The position numbers were made by a program, and so were the translations under genes. A stretch of DNA of 64,000 nucleotides from assembly GCA_016194705.1 (NCBI GenBank), contig JACQAZ010000010.1, forward strand, positions 166 through 64,165, written 5' to 3'. This DNA comes from Elusimicrobiota bacterium (lineage in GTDB: Bacteria > Elusimicrobiota > Elusimicrobia > UBA1565 > UBA9628). Shown piece after piece: positions 19,464-29,156 of the stretch. Under the pieces are notes generated by a model. That model was not told the DNA's origin and ran no database searches. It saw only the letters and a list, made by a program, of their open reading frames with translations. Numbering within the stretch: position 1 is the stretch's first letter; the number at the start of each line of letters is the position of its first letter.

Positions 19464-19955
19464 ATGAAAGGAAGGCTCGTCATCCCCCTGTGTCTCGCCG
19501 TGGCCGCGCTCGGCTCGGCGTGCGCCGGCATCAGCTTCGGCCGCAGGGTCACCGACGACGAGGTCATCCTCCAGCAGGAGATCCACTCCTACTACAACCA
19601 GGTCCAGGAGGCCTTCGCCACGGCCAATCCGGACGCCCTGGTCTCGCTGTTCTCCCCGTCGATCACCCACCCGATGTCCCACCAAGAGATCAAGGCCTGG
19701 GCCGAAAAGTTTTTCAAGGAGAATAGGAACGGCCACTTCAAGATCGAGAAGCTCTCTTTCGAGGGGCTGAGCTACATCAAGGCCTCCGTGGTGCTGACCT
19801 ACAAGGTGGAGACCCCTGAACACAAGGGCGACTTCGGCGGCACAGAACGCGACACCTTGGTCAAGGACCACGGCCACTGGTACGTCGCGGGTTGGGACAA
19901 GGTCGATCCCAACGAGAAAGCGAAGATCGAGACCCTGCTTCACTCCCCTTACTGA
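19464..19955 (+). CDS. NTF2/SnoaL-like fold lipoprotein
   Basis: Lipobox-like LGSAC; helix AFATANPDALVSLFSP and terminal LVKDHGHWYV typical of NTF2-like folds. Confidence 0.7.
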   Translation: MKGRLVIPLCLAVAALGSACAGISFGRRVTDDEVILQQEIHSYYNQVQEAFATANPDALVSLFSPSITHPMSHQEIKAWAEKFFKENRNGHFKIEKLSFEGLSYIKASVVLTYKVETPEHKGDFGGTERDTLVKDHGHWYVAGWDKVDPNEKAKIETLLHSPY

Positions 19956-19958
19956 GCT

Positions 19959-20834
19959 TCAGCGGAAGTAGCGCAGAAAACAATAGGCTCCGTGCCCGAG
20001 CACGGTCAACGCGGGCAGCAGCAGCGCGCCGATTGCCTTGGCGGGATTGCCCGCTTCCAAGGTCCCGCCGGGCCCCGTACGGATGAGGCCGGGCAAGGTG
20101 TCCAAGGTCGCCATCCGGGACGGGTTCTGCGGGTCGTAGAGCAGGTTCTCCCTCTCCTGATCTTCCAGCAGCTCGGGCATATGAGTTTTCGTTGACGCCC
20201 GCCGCTCGAGGCCGTGGTCGTCGACGAAGGAGAAGACCATCTCGTAGACCGTGCGGTCGTTGATCTTCGTGTTCGTCGGTTTTTTTTCGACGAGCTTGCC
20301 CGAAGCCAGCTTGCCGCGCGCGAGCAGCGCCACATCCTTGAGCCCGGAGCGCAGGCCGAAGAAGGCGCAGACAAGCCCCACCAGCGGGAAGATCAGCACG
20401 AAGGCGACAAACGAAGGCATGACGCTCGTGCGCAGGCCCTTGATGCGCGAACGCTCGGAGCGGCCCGCGGGCCACTCGACGCCGGCCGACGACTCCGCCG
20501 GCGGACAGCCGCCGAGCCTGTAGGAGGTCCCGGAGCGCTGGACCCCGCCCGGCCCGGGGAAGACATAGGACAGGGCGTAGACCGCCGTGTTGTTCTCCGA
20601 GAAATTGGTCCTCTGGCAAGAAACGAGCCGGCCCTCGGCCGTTTCGAGCGGGCCGCGGAAGTCGTACCACGCCCTGAAGTCGGCCTGGGCTACGAAGATC
20701 CAGACGAAGACCATCCCGAAGCCGATGAAGATGAAGCCGAACTGGGTCAGAAAGTCGCCGAGAAGCTCCTGGATGAAAACAGAGAGAGGCACCTCGCGGG
20801 GCGGCGGAGCCAGCGTGAAGGCGGGTTCGTTCAA
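19959..20834 (-). CDS. Hypothetical membrane protein (DUF3592-like repeats)
   Basis: Two units of TM helix plus 'G.(L/V)V....TN..(E/I)N...VY...(Y/F)' and LLYDPQNP; probable TTG start overlapping the upstream TGA. Confidence 0.7.
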   Translation of the reverse strand: MNEPAFTLAPPPREVPLSVFIQELLGDFLTQFGFIFIGFGMVFVWIFVAQADFRAWYDFRGPLETAEGRLVSCQRTNFSENNTAVYALSYVFPGPGGVQRSGTSYRLGGCPPAESSAGVEWPAGRSERSRIKGLRTSVMPSFVAFVLIFPLVGLVCAFFGLRSGLKDVALLARGKLASGKLVEKKPTNTKINDRTVYEMVFSFVDDHGLERRASTKTHMPELLEDQERENLLYDPQNPSRMATLDTLPGLIRTGPGGTLEAGNPAKAIGALLLPALTVLGHGAYCFLRYFR

Positions 20835-21898
20835 GGCAGCGGGAACTCGCGGCCGTCGAGTGCGTGGACGGTCTCCGCGATGCGCCCGGGGCCGAGCTTG
20901 ACCTCGATGTGGTGCGCGAACAGGCACTGGGGCTCGGTGAGGGGCAGGGGATAGAGCGGGGAACCGCCGCCGCCGCTGAGCACGTAGCGCGTGCCGCGGT
21001 GCTCGGCCACGCCGAAGGCGTGGATGTGGCCGAAGTAGACGCGCTCGACGTGGCGCTCGGCCATGAGGTCGTCGAAGGCCTGCGCGTTCTCGTCGAAGTA
21101 CGCCGTCAGCACGTCGTGGACGTAGCCTCCCTTCTTGGGCTTGTTCTCGAACTGGGGCGCGACGCAGGCGTTGAGCTTGCCCTTGAGGAACTTGGGCGGC
21201 ACGTGAGTGAAGACGAGGATTCGGCGGCCGGGGATCAGGACCTTCTTGAGCCAACCCAGCTGCGCGTCGCTCAAGGTCCGATCGGCCGTGTCGAGACCAA
21301 CGAGGAGCCAGCCGTTGTAGTCCACGACGAAGTCGCCGGAGCCGAAGACCGCTTCATATAGGGCTTTGTCGGCCCTCCCGTTAGGCGCCGAGCGGTCGTG
21401 GTTGCCGATGACGGAGAAGATCGGGATGCCGGGATGGCCATCGAGGTACTTCACGCGGCCGCGATAGCCCGCCTGGGTGCCCTTGCTGACCATGTCGCCG
21501 AGTTGGAAGACCAAGTCCGGAGCGTCGGACGCGATCGAGCTCATGAGCTTCTCGTAGGCTCCCTTGCCCGGCGAGAAGACCCGCTCCCAGGCGAAGCGCC
21601 CGGGCTCGGCGTCGCCGATGACGGCGATCGTGAAGCGGTCCTTGGGACGGGGGCTCTTGCGCGCCAAAAGCTCGGCCTGAGCCTGATTGCCCACGCGGCC
21701 CCGCGCGTCCGAGAGGTCCTTGGGCACGAGCACCTTGCCGCGCGCCGCGGGCGGGGGCGGCGGCAGGACCGGCCGCTGCCCCGCGGTCGTCTTGCCGCCG
21801 TCGAAGAAGCCCGAGAGGCCGCCGTTCGGTTCCTGCGCCGCAGCCCAGACCGCGATGGAGGCCACGATCAGTCCGGCCGCAGCTCGCCGATGTCTCAC
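20831..21898 (-). CDS. Secreted calcineurin-like metallophosphoesterase
   Basis: VIGD, LGDMV, GNHD, FTHVP, FGHIH; signal peptide and Pro-rich linker. Confidence 0.9.
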   Translation of the reverse strand: MRHRRAAAGLIVASIAVWAAAQEPNGGLSGFFDGGKTTAGQRPVLPPPPPAARGKVLVPKDLSDARGRVGNQAQAELLARKSPRPKDRFTIAVIGDAEPGRFAWERVFSPGKGAYEKLMSSIASDAPDLVFQLGDMVSKGTQAGYRGRVKYLDGHPGIPIFSVIGNHDRSAPNGRADKALYEAVFGSGDFVVDYNGWLLVGLDTADRTLSDAQLGWLKKVLIPGRRILVFTHVPPKFLKGKLNACVAPQFENKPKKGGYVHDVLTAYFDENAQAFDDLMAERHVERVYFGHIHAFGVAEHRGTRYVLSGGGGSPLYPLPLTEPQCLFAHHIEVKLGPGRIAETVHALDGREFPLP

Positions 21899-21979
21899 GC
21901 TTCGATTCTAACATAAGACGAGACGGGACTGCAGGCGAGGCGGCGGAGCGCGGCCCCCGGATTTTGTAGACTCTCCGTC

Positions 21980-23284
21980 ATGCGCACCATCCACGTCGCA
22001 GTCGCGGGCCTGGGCTTCGTCGGCCGGGAGACCGTGCGGCTGCTCCGGGCCAACCGCGAGCGCTTCCGCGGTCGCCTGGGCGCCGACGTCGAGCTCGCGG
22101 CCGTGGCCGACCGCGACGTCCACCGCGAAGCCCGCCGACTCGGTCTTCCCGTGTCGGTCCTGCGCGTGCGCGACCCGCGCAGGCTCGCGAGCCTCCCCGG
22201 CATCGACATCGTCGTCGAAGTGCTCGGCGGCCTCGACGCGCCAAGAGCCCTGGCGCTCTCGTCGCTCAAGACCGGCCGTCATCTGGTCACCGCCAACAAG
22301 CGGCTGCTCTCCCACTGCTGGGACGAACTGCGGCGCGCCGCCGCGAGGGGCTCGGCGCGACTCTATTTCGAAGCCTCGGTGGCCGGCGGCATCCCCGTCC
22401 TGCAGGCCCTCGACAACGGCTTCGCGGCCAACCGCATCGAGGCCGTCTACGGCATACTCAACGGGACGACCAACTACATCCTCTCCTCGCTCGAGCACGC
22501 GGGCCCCGGCGCCACGATGCAGAGCGCGCTGGCGCAGGCCCAGGCCGCGGGCTTCGCCGAGAAGGACCCGACGATGGACTTGAGCGGAGAGGATTCGGTG
22601 CAAAAGGTCTCTGTGCTGGCCTCGCTTTTGACCGGGCGCGCGCTGCCCCCCGGGCGCATCGCCCGCCAGGGCATCACCGGCATCGAGCGCCAGGACATCG
22701 ACTTCGCGCTCGGGACCCTCTCGCGCACGCCGCGCCTGCTGGGCGTGCTGCGCCTCGACTGGGGCAAGACCGTGCGGCTCGAGGCGCATGTCTTTCCGAC
22801 CCTGGTGCCCCTCGAGCACCCCTTAGCCGCGGTGCGCCGCCAGTACAACGCGGTCATGGTCAAGGCCTCGCACGCCGACGACCTCATGTTCTACGGCAAG
22901 GGGGCGGGGCCCGGCCCCACGGCGAGCGCCGTCGTGGGAGACGTCTTCATGCTCTGCCGCGACATACTGGGCGCGGCACCCTCAAAACCCCGACCTCCAG
23001 TCAAAGTCGAATTGATCCCGGTCTCGGAGTCGGTCTCTCCCTATTATCTGCGTCTTTTCGCCCAGGACAAGCCGGGTGTGCTGGCCAAGATCGCAGCCGC
23101 GCTCGGACGCCGCGGCATCTCGATCGCCTCGATCCACCAGTCGGACGTCCCCGCGAAGGACGGCGTGCCGATCGTTCTGACGACGCATCCCGCGAAGCTC
23201 GGCGCCTTCAAAGCGGCCCTGCGCGAGATTCTGGGTCTGGGATCCGTGGCCCGGCGCCACACCATGCTCCGGATGCTGCCGTGA
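21980..23284 (+). CDS. hom: Homoserine dehydrogenase (with ACT domain)
   Basis: GLGFVG, VTANK, FEASVAGGIP, GILNGTTNYIL, GKGAG..PTASAV, DKPGVLA. Confidence 0.97.
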   Translation: MRTIHVAVAGLGFVGRETVRLLRANRERFRGRLGADVELAAVADRDVHREARRLGLPVSVLRVRDPRRLASLPGIDIVVEVLGGLDAPRALALSSLKTGRHLVTANKRLLSHCWDELRRAAARGSARLYFEASVAGGIPVLQALDNGFAANRIEAVYGILNGTTNYILSSLEHAGPGATMQSALAQAQAAGFAEKDPTMDLSGEDSVQKVSVLASLLTGRALPPGRIARQGITGIERQDIDFALGTLSRTPRLLGVLRLDWGKTVRLEAHVFPTLVPLEHPLAAVRRQYNAVMVKASHADDLMFYGKGAGPGPTASAVVGDVFMLCRDILGAAPSKPRPPVKVELIPVSESVSPYYLRLFAQDKPGVLAKIAAALGRRGISIASIHQSDVPAKDGVPIVLTTHPAKLGAFKAALREILGLGSVARRHTMLRMLP

Positions 23285-24303
23285 CGCAAGGCATCCTCGC
23301 ACGCTACCGCGACCGGCTCCCTGTCGGCGCGAAGACCCCGATCATCACGCTCGGCGAGGGCGCAACGCCCCTGGTCCAAGCCGACGCGCTGGCGCGCCGG
23401 GCGGGGCTGCCGAAAGGCTCGCTCTATCTTAAGCTTGAGGGCTCCAACCCCACAGGCTCCTTCAAGGACCGCGGCATGACTTTGGCGATCTCGAAGGCTT
23501 TGGAATCGGGCGCCCGCGGCGTTCTCTGCGCCTCGACGGGCAACACCGCGGCCTCGGCCGCGGCCTACGCCGCGCGCGCGGGGCTGCGCTGTGTGGTCTT
23601 CCTGCCAAAGGGCGGCGTCGCGATGGGCAAGCTCGTCCAATCGCTGATGTACGGCGCCGAGGTCGTCGAGGTAAGAGGCAATTTCGATGAGGCTCTGGCG
23701 CTGGCCATGTCGACGGCCCGCCGCGAGGGCTTCACCGTGGTCAACTCATCGAATCCCTTTCGCATCGAAGGCCAGAAGACCGGCGCCTTCGAGATCGTCG
23801 AACAGCTCGGGGCGGCGCCCGAGTACCAGTTCATGCCCGTCGGAAACGCCGGCAACATCACCGCATACTGGAAGGGCTACCGCGAGGCGGGCCCGGGGCG
23901 GCCCAGGATGATGGGCTTTCAGGCGGCGGGCGCGGCCCCGCTGGTGCTGGGCCGGCCGGTCCTTAAGCCCAAGACCGTCGCTACCGCGATCCGCATCGGC
24001 AACCCGGTCTCACGCGAAGGCGCGCTGCGCGCCCGCGACGAGTCGCGCGGCCTCATCGGCAAGGTCAGCGACGCGCAGATCATCAATGCCTACCGCCTCC
24101 TCGCCCGCCTCGAGGGCGTGTTCTGCGAGCCCTCCAGCGCCGCCGGCGTCGCCGGCTTATTGAAGATACGGCACGAAGGTTATCCGATCAGGGGTCGTGC
24201 CGTTTGCATACTGACCGGCCACGGGCTCAAGGACCCCGATACTCCTTTGCAGTTCGCTTATAAGAGGAAGATCGTCGCACCGGGAGGAAAGCTGCGGCTA
24301 TGA
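23281..24303 (+). CDS. thrC: Threonine synthase
   Basis: LGEGATP, NPTGSFKDRG (PLP Lys), CASTGNT, PVGNAGNI, LTGHGLKDP. Confidence 0.97.
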   Translation: MTQGILARYRDRLPVGAKTPIITLGEGATPLVQADALARRAGLPKGSLYLKLEGSNPTGSFKDRGMTLAISKALESGARGVLCASTGNTAASAAAYAARAGLRCVVFLPKGGVAMGKLVQSLMYGAEVVEVRGNFDEALALAMSTARREGFTVVNSSNPFRIEGQKTGAFEIVEQLGAAPEYQFMPVGNAGNITAYWKGYREAGPGRPRMMGFQAAGAAPLVLGRPVLKPKTVATAIRIGNPVSREGALRARDESRGLIGKVSDAQIINAYRLLARLEGVFCEPSSAAGVAGLLKIRHEGYPIRGRAVCILTGHGLKDPDTPLQFAYKRKIVAPGGKLRL

Positions 24304-25217
24304 GGCGCCCACGTCGGGTCAAGGTCACCGTGCCCGCCTCGACGAGCAACCTGGGGCCCGGCTTCGACTGCCTGGGCCTGGCCCTGGGGCTCTACAACGA
24401 GCTCGTCGTCGAGGAGCATCCCGAGCCCGGCGAGACGACCATCGAGATCTCCGGCGAGGGCGCCGAGACCTTGCCGCGCGGCCCGGAGAACATGATCTTG
24501 AAGGCGGCAAACGCCGTCATCGCCGGGCGCGAGCACGGGCGCTTGCTCTTCAAGGCGGTCAACCGCATCCCCTTGGCGCGGGGCTTGGGCTCGTCTGCCG
24601 CCGCCATCGTCTCGGGCCTGGTGGCCGCCAACGAGCTTTTCAAGCCCTCCGCGCTGACGCCGCGCGAGCTCTTCCAATACGCCGCGACGCTGGAAGGGCA
24701 TCCCGACAACGCCGCTCCCGCGCTTTTCGGCGGGCTGACGGTCTGCGTCAAGCAGCGACAGGGTTCCGAGCCTTTCCCTTTGAAGGTCCACAAGGACCTC
24801 TGCGCCGTGGTCTGCGTCCCGGACTTCGAGCTGGCGACCTCGAAAGCCCGCGCGGTCCTGCCGCACACCGTGCTGCTGAGCCAGGCCGTCGACAACATCG
24901 CGCGCGCGGCCCTGCTGACGGCGGCGCTCGAGCGGGGGATTTGGGGGGCTCTCTCCGAGGCGACCCAGGACGTCCTCCACCAGCCTTACCGTTCCTCTCT
25001 GGTGGCCGGGCTCGACGAAGCGCTCTCGGCGGCGCGGCGCGCAGCGCCCTGCGGGGCCGCCCTCTCGGGCTCGGGGCCGACGACCGTGGCCTTCTGCAAG
25101 AAAGGGCCGCACGCGCGCCGCATCGGCGAGGCCATGCGCTCCGAGTTCTCGCGGCGAGGCGTCAAGTGCAAGGTCCTGGTATTGGCGGTGGACCGGAGGG
25201 GAGCCCGGGCGCAATGA
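24300..25217 (+). CDS. thrB: Homoserine kinase
   Basis: VPASTSNLGPGFDCLG, IPLARGLGSS, EGHPDN, LSGSGPT. Confidence 0.97.
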   Translation: MRRPRRVKVTVPASTSNLGPGFDCLGLALGLYNELVVEEHPEPGETTIEISGEGAETLPRGPENMILKAANAVIAGREHGRLLFKAVNRIPLARGLGSSAAAIVSGLVAANELFKPSALTPRELFQYAATLEGHPDNAAPALFGGLTVCVKQRQGSEPFPLKVHKDLCAVVCVPDFELATSKARAVLPHTVLLSQAVDNIARAALLTAALERGIWGALSEATQDVLHQPYRSSLVAGLDEALSAARRAAPCGAALSGSGPTTVAFCKKGPHARRIGEAMRSEFSRRGVKCKVLVLAVDRRGARAQ

Positions 25218-26440
25218 GGATCACGGTCATGAAGTTCGGCGGGACCTCAGTGGCCGATCCCGAGAAGATCCAGCGCGCCGCCGAGCGCGCGGTCGCGGAG
25301 CGGCGCAAAGGCCGGGGAGTCGTCGTGGTGGTCTCGGCTCCCGGCCAGATGACCGACGAGCTGCTGACCTTGGCCGAACGCGTAGCACCTCGGCCCGACG
25401 AGCGCGAGCTCGACCAGCTGCTCTCGACCGGCGAGCAAGTCGGCATCTCGCTGTTCTCGATGGCCTGCCTCGCCCGCGGGGCCGCCGCGGTCTCGATGAC
25501 CGGCGCCCAGGCCGGCGTCGAGGCGCAGGGCCCGCATACTCGGGCCCAGATCGTCCGGATCCGCCCGGCCAACATACTGCGCGAACTGCATGCGGGCCGC
25601 ATCGTGACCGTCGCCGGCTTCCAGGGACTCAACGACGCCGGCGCCGTGGCGACGCTGGGACGCGGCGGCTCGGACCTGACCGCCGTCGCGCTGGCTTCCG
25701 CGCTCAAGACCGGATCCTGCGAGATCTTCTCCGACGTCAAAGGCGTCTACACCGCAGATCCAAGGATCGTCTTCGAGGCCCGAAAGCTTACCCGCCTCGG
25801 CTTTGAGGAAATGCTCGAACTGGCCGGCGCCGGTTCGCAGGTCATGCAGGCCCGTTCGCTCGAGGTCGCCGCATCGCATGGCGTGTCCATCCATGTGCGC
25901 TCGGCCTTCCACCGCGAGCCCGGGACGTGGATCGTCCCCAAGGAGAACAACACCATGCTGGAGAAAGCCCGCGTCTCGGCCCTGGCCCTCGACAAGAACG
26001 AGGTGCGCCTGAGCATCGTCGACGTCCCGGACCGCCCGGGCGTGGCCGCCGAGGTGCTCTCTGTCCTGGCAAAGCGCGACATCCCCGTGGACATGATCAT
26101 CCAATCCGCCCCGACCCATCGCGGCGTCAACGACATCTCGTTTATGACCCCGCGCGCCTGGGCGTCCAAAGCCCGCGAGGCCCTGGCCAGCGCCGCGAAG
26201 GAGCTCAATGCCAGGGTCGACCTGCACGAGCACGTGGCCAAGATATCCGCCGTTGGCACGGGATTTCGCCACCACCCCTGGGTCGCCGCGCGCATGTTCG
26301 AGACCTTGGCCAAGAACAAGATCAACATCCACATGATCGTGGCCTCCGACCTGCGCATCTCCTGTGTGGTCGACGCCAAGCACGGCGAGACGGCCTTGCG
26401 GGCCCTGCACCGCGCCTACGGGCTGGGAAAGTCCAGATGA
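25214..26440 (+). CDS. lysC: Aspartate kinase (alpha subunit; internal beta start)
   Basis: VMKFGGTSV, VVSA, TLGRGGSDLTA, DVKGVYTADP, two ACT domains; ATG 25214 overlaps the thrB stop. Confidence 0.96.
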   Translation: MRITVMKFGGTSVADPEKIQRAAERAVAERRKGRGVVVVVSAPGQMTDELLTLAERVAPRPDERELDQLLSTGEQVGISLFSMACLARGAAAVSMTGAQAGVEAQGPHTRAQIVRIRPANILRELHAGRIVTVAGFQGLNDAGAVATLGRGGSDLTAVALASALKTGSCEIFSDVKGVYTADPRIVFEARKLTRLGFEEMLELAGAGSQVMQARSLEVAASHGVSIHVRSAFHREPGTWIVPKENNTMLEKARVSALALDKNEVRLSIVDVPDRPGVAAEVLSVLAKRDIPVDMIIQSAPTHRGVNDISFMTPRAWASKAREALASAAKELNARVDLHEHVAKISAVGTGFRHHPWVAARMFETLAKNKINIHMIVASDLRISCVVDAKHGETALRALHRAYGLGKSR

Positions 26441-26970
26441 GGCTCAGGGACTGCTGCGCCGCAGCGGCGCTGGCGCTGGCCGGCTGCGGCGCTCCCGGCC
26501 CCTCGACAGTGAGGCCGCCGCTGGCCGAGTCGCAGAAGCTCGACATCCGACTTTGTCTCTCCGAGGACACGCCCAAGAGAAAGCTCGGCGCCGCCGTCCG
26601 CCACCGCTACTACACCGAGCGCCGCCCGCCGTTCAAGCGCGTGCATCTGATGCCCCACGACGGACTGACCCGCAGGTGCGACATCATCGCCGTGCTCACG
26701 AGCTCCGATAATGATTCCGGGACCCATCGCGCGGACGCTGTCTCCCCGGTCTCGAACAAGACCCTGTTCTCAGCCTCCGCCGAGGGCGCCTTGACGGCCG
26801 CAGCGGCGTCCTTGGCAGACCAGCTCTTCGCGGCCTTCGACCGCGGCACGGCTTTGCACGACGCCGTGATCGCCGAGCGCGACGCGCGGGCGGCCGCGCA
26901 TCCGCTGCCCCCGCAGGCTCCGGGGGCCGACGAGGACAAGGCCGAGGCGGAGGGTCCGCATGAGCCTTAA
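26437..26970 (+). CDS. Hypothetical lipoprotein
   Basis: ATGA overlap with lysC; lipobox LALAGC. Confidence 0.7.
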   Translation: MRLRDCCAAAALALAGCGAPGPSTVRPPLAESQKLDIRLCLSEDTPKRKLGAAVRHRYYTERRPPFKRVHLMPHDGLTRRCDIIAVLTSSDNDSGTHRADAVSPVSNKTLFSASAEGALTAAAASLADQLFAAFDRGTALHDAVIAERDARAAAHPLPPQAPGADEDKAEAEGPHEP

Positions 26971-27337
26971 GGCGGCGCTCATCCCCCTGGCGCTGCTGTG
27001 CGCCGCGACGGCCGCCGAGCGCGTCGTCGGCGTGGGCCTGGTCATCAAGATCGTCGGCCGCTATCCGGCCGTCGAGTCGCTGGTCCCCGGCGGCCCGGCG
27101 CTGCGCGAGGGCAACCTCAAGCCCGGCGACCGCATCGAGGGCGTGGCCCAGGGAGACGGGCCTTGGGTCGACACGGCCGGCCTCAAGCTCGAGGGCGTGG
27201 TCGCCCTCATCCGCGGCCCCCGCGGCAGCTCGGTGCGCCTGCGCGCCGTGCGCGTCGAGGAAGACGGCGGCCGCCGGCAGATCGTGGTCGCCCTCAAGCG
27301 CGACGTCCTCAAGGACGAGCAAGGAAAGAAGCGATGA
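26960..27337 (+). CDS. Standalone exported PDZ-domain protein (Prc/CtpA-type PDZ)
   Basis: Signal peptide, [30 protein letters not shown]. Confidence 0.85.
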   Translation: MSLKAALIPLALLCAATAAERVVGVGLVIKIVGRYPAVESLVPGGPALREGNLKPGDRIEGVAQGDGPWVDTAGLKLEGVVALIRGPRGSSVRLRAVRVEEDGGRRQIVVALKRDVLKDEQGKKR

Positions 27338-27849
27338 CCCCGGATTTCGTCGCCATCGATTTCGAGACGGCCGACCAAGGGGCGGACAGCGCCTGCGCGG
27401 TGGGCCTGGTCAAAGTCGAGGGCGGAAGGATCGTGAGGAGCGAATCCCACCTGATTCGCCCGCCGCGGCGGACCATCCTGTTCACCTATATCCACGGCAT
27501 CGAGTGGCGGCACGTCGCCGACAAGCCCGTTTTCAAGGACGTGTGGCCGCGCGTTGCTGAGATGCTCAGCGGGGCGCGCTTCATCGCGGCTCACAACGCG
27601 CCCTTCGACCGCGGGGTCTTGAGTGCCTGCTGCGCCGCCGCCGGCGTGCGCGCCCCCTCCCAGCCGTTTGTCTGCACGGTGCGCCTCGCCCGCAAGGCGT
27701 GGAATCTGCGGCCGACGAAGCTTCCCAACGTGTGCGAGCACCTCGGCATCGCCTTGAACCACCATGAGGCGCTCTCGGACGCCACCGCCTGTGCTAAAAT
27801 CGTCCTGGCCGCCCTTGCCGAAGGCAAGGGCGGCCTCACGGAGGCTTAA
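27334..27849 (+). CDS. DEDDh 3'-5' exonuclease (DnaQ-like)
   Basis: FVAIDFETA, AHNAPFD, CT, HHEALSDA. Confidence 0.92.
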   Translation: MTPDFVAIDFETADQGADSACAVGLVKVEGGRIVRSESHLIRPPRRTILFTYIHGIEWRHVADKPVFKDVWPRVAEMLSGARFIAAHNAPFDRGVLSACCAAAGVRAPSQPFVCTVRLARKAWNLRPTKLPNVCEHLGIALNHHEALSDATACAKIVLAALAEGKGGLTEA

Positions 27850-29156
27850 TGAGGCCGAAAAAACTGGAGTGGGTCCTCTCGCTGCTGGCCCTGGCCGCCG
27901 CGGGGCTTTTGGGGGTGCTGGTCCCGTGGACGCCTCCGGGAGTTTCGGGGGGGCCGATCGTGGCCGGGGACGTGGCTTGGATGCTGACGGCCACCGCGCT
28001 GGTTCTCCTGATGACGCCCGGCCTCTCCTTCTTTTACGGCGGCATGGTCCAGCGCAAGAACGTCATCTCGACGATGCTGCAAAGCTTCATCTCGATGGGG
28101 GTCTTGAGCATCCTCTGGGTGCTCGTGGGCTTCTCTCTCTCGTTTGGGGACTCGATCGGCGGCTTGATCGGCGATCCGAGGACCTACTTTCTTTTCCGAG
28201 GCGTCGGAGGCGCGACGCACCCGGACCTGGCGCCCACGATCCCTTTGGCGTTGTTTGCGATGTTCCAGCTCAAGTTTGCGATCATCACGCCGGCGCTGAT
28301 TACGGGTTCGTTTGCCGAGCGCGTGCGCTTCTCGAGCTACATCCTCTTCATCACCCTGTTCTCGCTCTTCATCTACTGCCCGCTCGCGCATTGGACCTGG
28401 CACCCGCAGGGCTTCCTGCGACAGTGGGGCGTGCTCGACTTCGCGGGCGGCACGGTCGTCCACATGTCGGCCGGTTTCGCGGCCCTGGCCGGAGCGCTGT
28501 ACCTCGGCCGCCGCAAGGTCCACTTGGCGCAGGAAGCTCACGTCCCGGCCAACATCCCCTTCGTTTTGCTCGGCACCGGCATGCTTTGGTTCGGCTGGTT
28601 CGGCTTCAACGCGGGCTCGGCCCTGGCCGCCAACGAGACCGCGGTGCTTGCCTTTATCAACACCAATACCGCTTCCGCAGCCGCTATGCTCGCCTGGGTC
28701 TTCTTCGACGCGGTGCGGGGGCGCAGGCCCTCGGCGCTGGGGGCCTCGGTGGGGGCGGTGGTGGGCCTGGTCGCGATCACGCCGGCCGCCGGCTACGTTC
28801 CGGTGGGCTCCTCGATCGCCATCGGAGCGGTTGCCGCCGTTGTGAGCAACCTCGCCGTGCATTGGAAGTCGAAGTCGAGCGTGGACGACACCTTGGACGT
28901 CTTCCCCTGCCACGGCGTCGGCGGAATCGTCGGCATGATCGCCACCGGCGTCTTCGCCGACAAGGTCGGCCTCGTTCACGGCGACCCGACGATCTTCCTG
29001 CGCCACATGGCCGCGATCGTGGTCGTGGGAGTCTTCAGCTTCGGCGGCTCCTACGTGATCTACAAGATCACCGACGCGCTCATCACCCTGCGCGTGCGCC
29101 CCGAGCAGGAGGAGCAGGGCCTCGACCTCTCCCAGCACGCAGAGAGCATCGCCTGA
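27849..29156 (+). CDS. amtB: Ammonium transporter
   Basis: LLMTPGL..FYGG, FQLKFA, DFAGGTVVH, WFGWFGFNAGS, DDTLDVF..HG. Confidence 0.97.
   Translation: MRPKKLEWVLSLLALAAAGLLGVLVPWTPPGVSGGPIVAGDVAWMLTATALVLLMTPGLSFFYGGMVQRKNVISTMLQSFISMGVLSILWVLVGFSLSFGDSIGGLIGDPRTYFLFRGVGGATHPDLAPTIPLALFAMFQLKFAIITPALITGSFAERVRFSSYILFITLFSLFIYCPLAHWTWHPQGFLRQWGVLDFAGGTVVHMSAGFAALAGALYLGRRKVHLAQEAHVPANIPFVLLGTGMLWFGWFGFNAGSALAANETAVLAFINTNTASAAAMLAWVFFDAVRGRRPSALGASVGAVVGLVAITPAAGYVPVGSSIAIGAVAAVVSNLAVHWKSKSSVDDTLDVFPCHGVGGIVGMIATGVFADKVGLVHGDPTIFLRHMAAIVVVGVFSFGGSYVIYKITDALITLRVRPEQEEQGLDLSQHAESIA

Noticed and set aside
27849..29156. amtB without an adjacent glnK
   Set aside because: Orphan amt paralogs are common and glnK may lie elsewhere in the genome.
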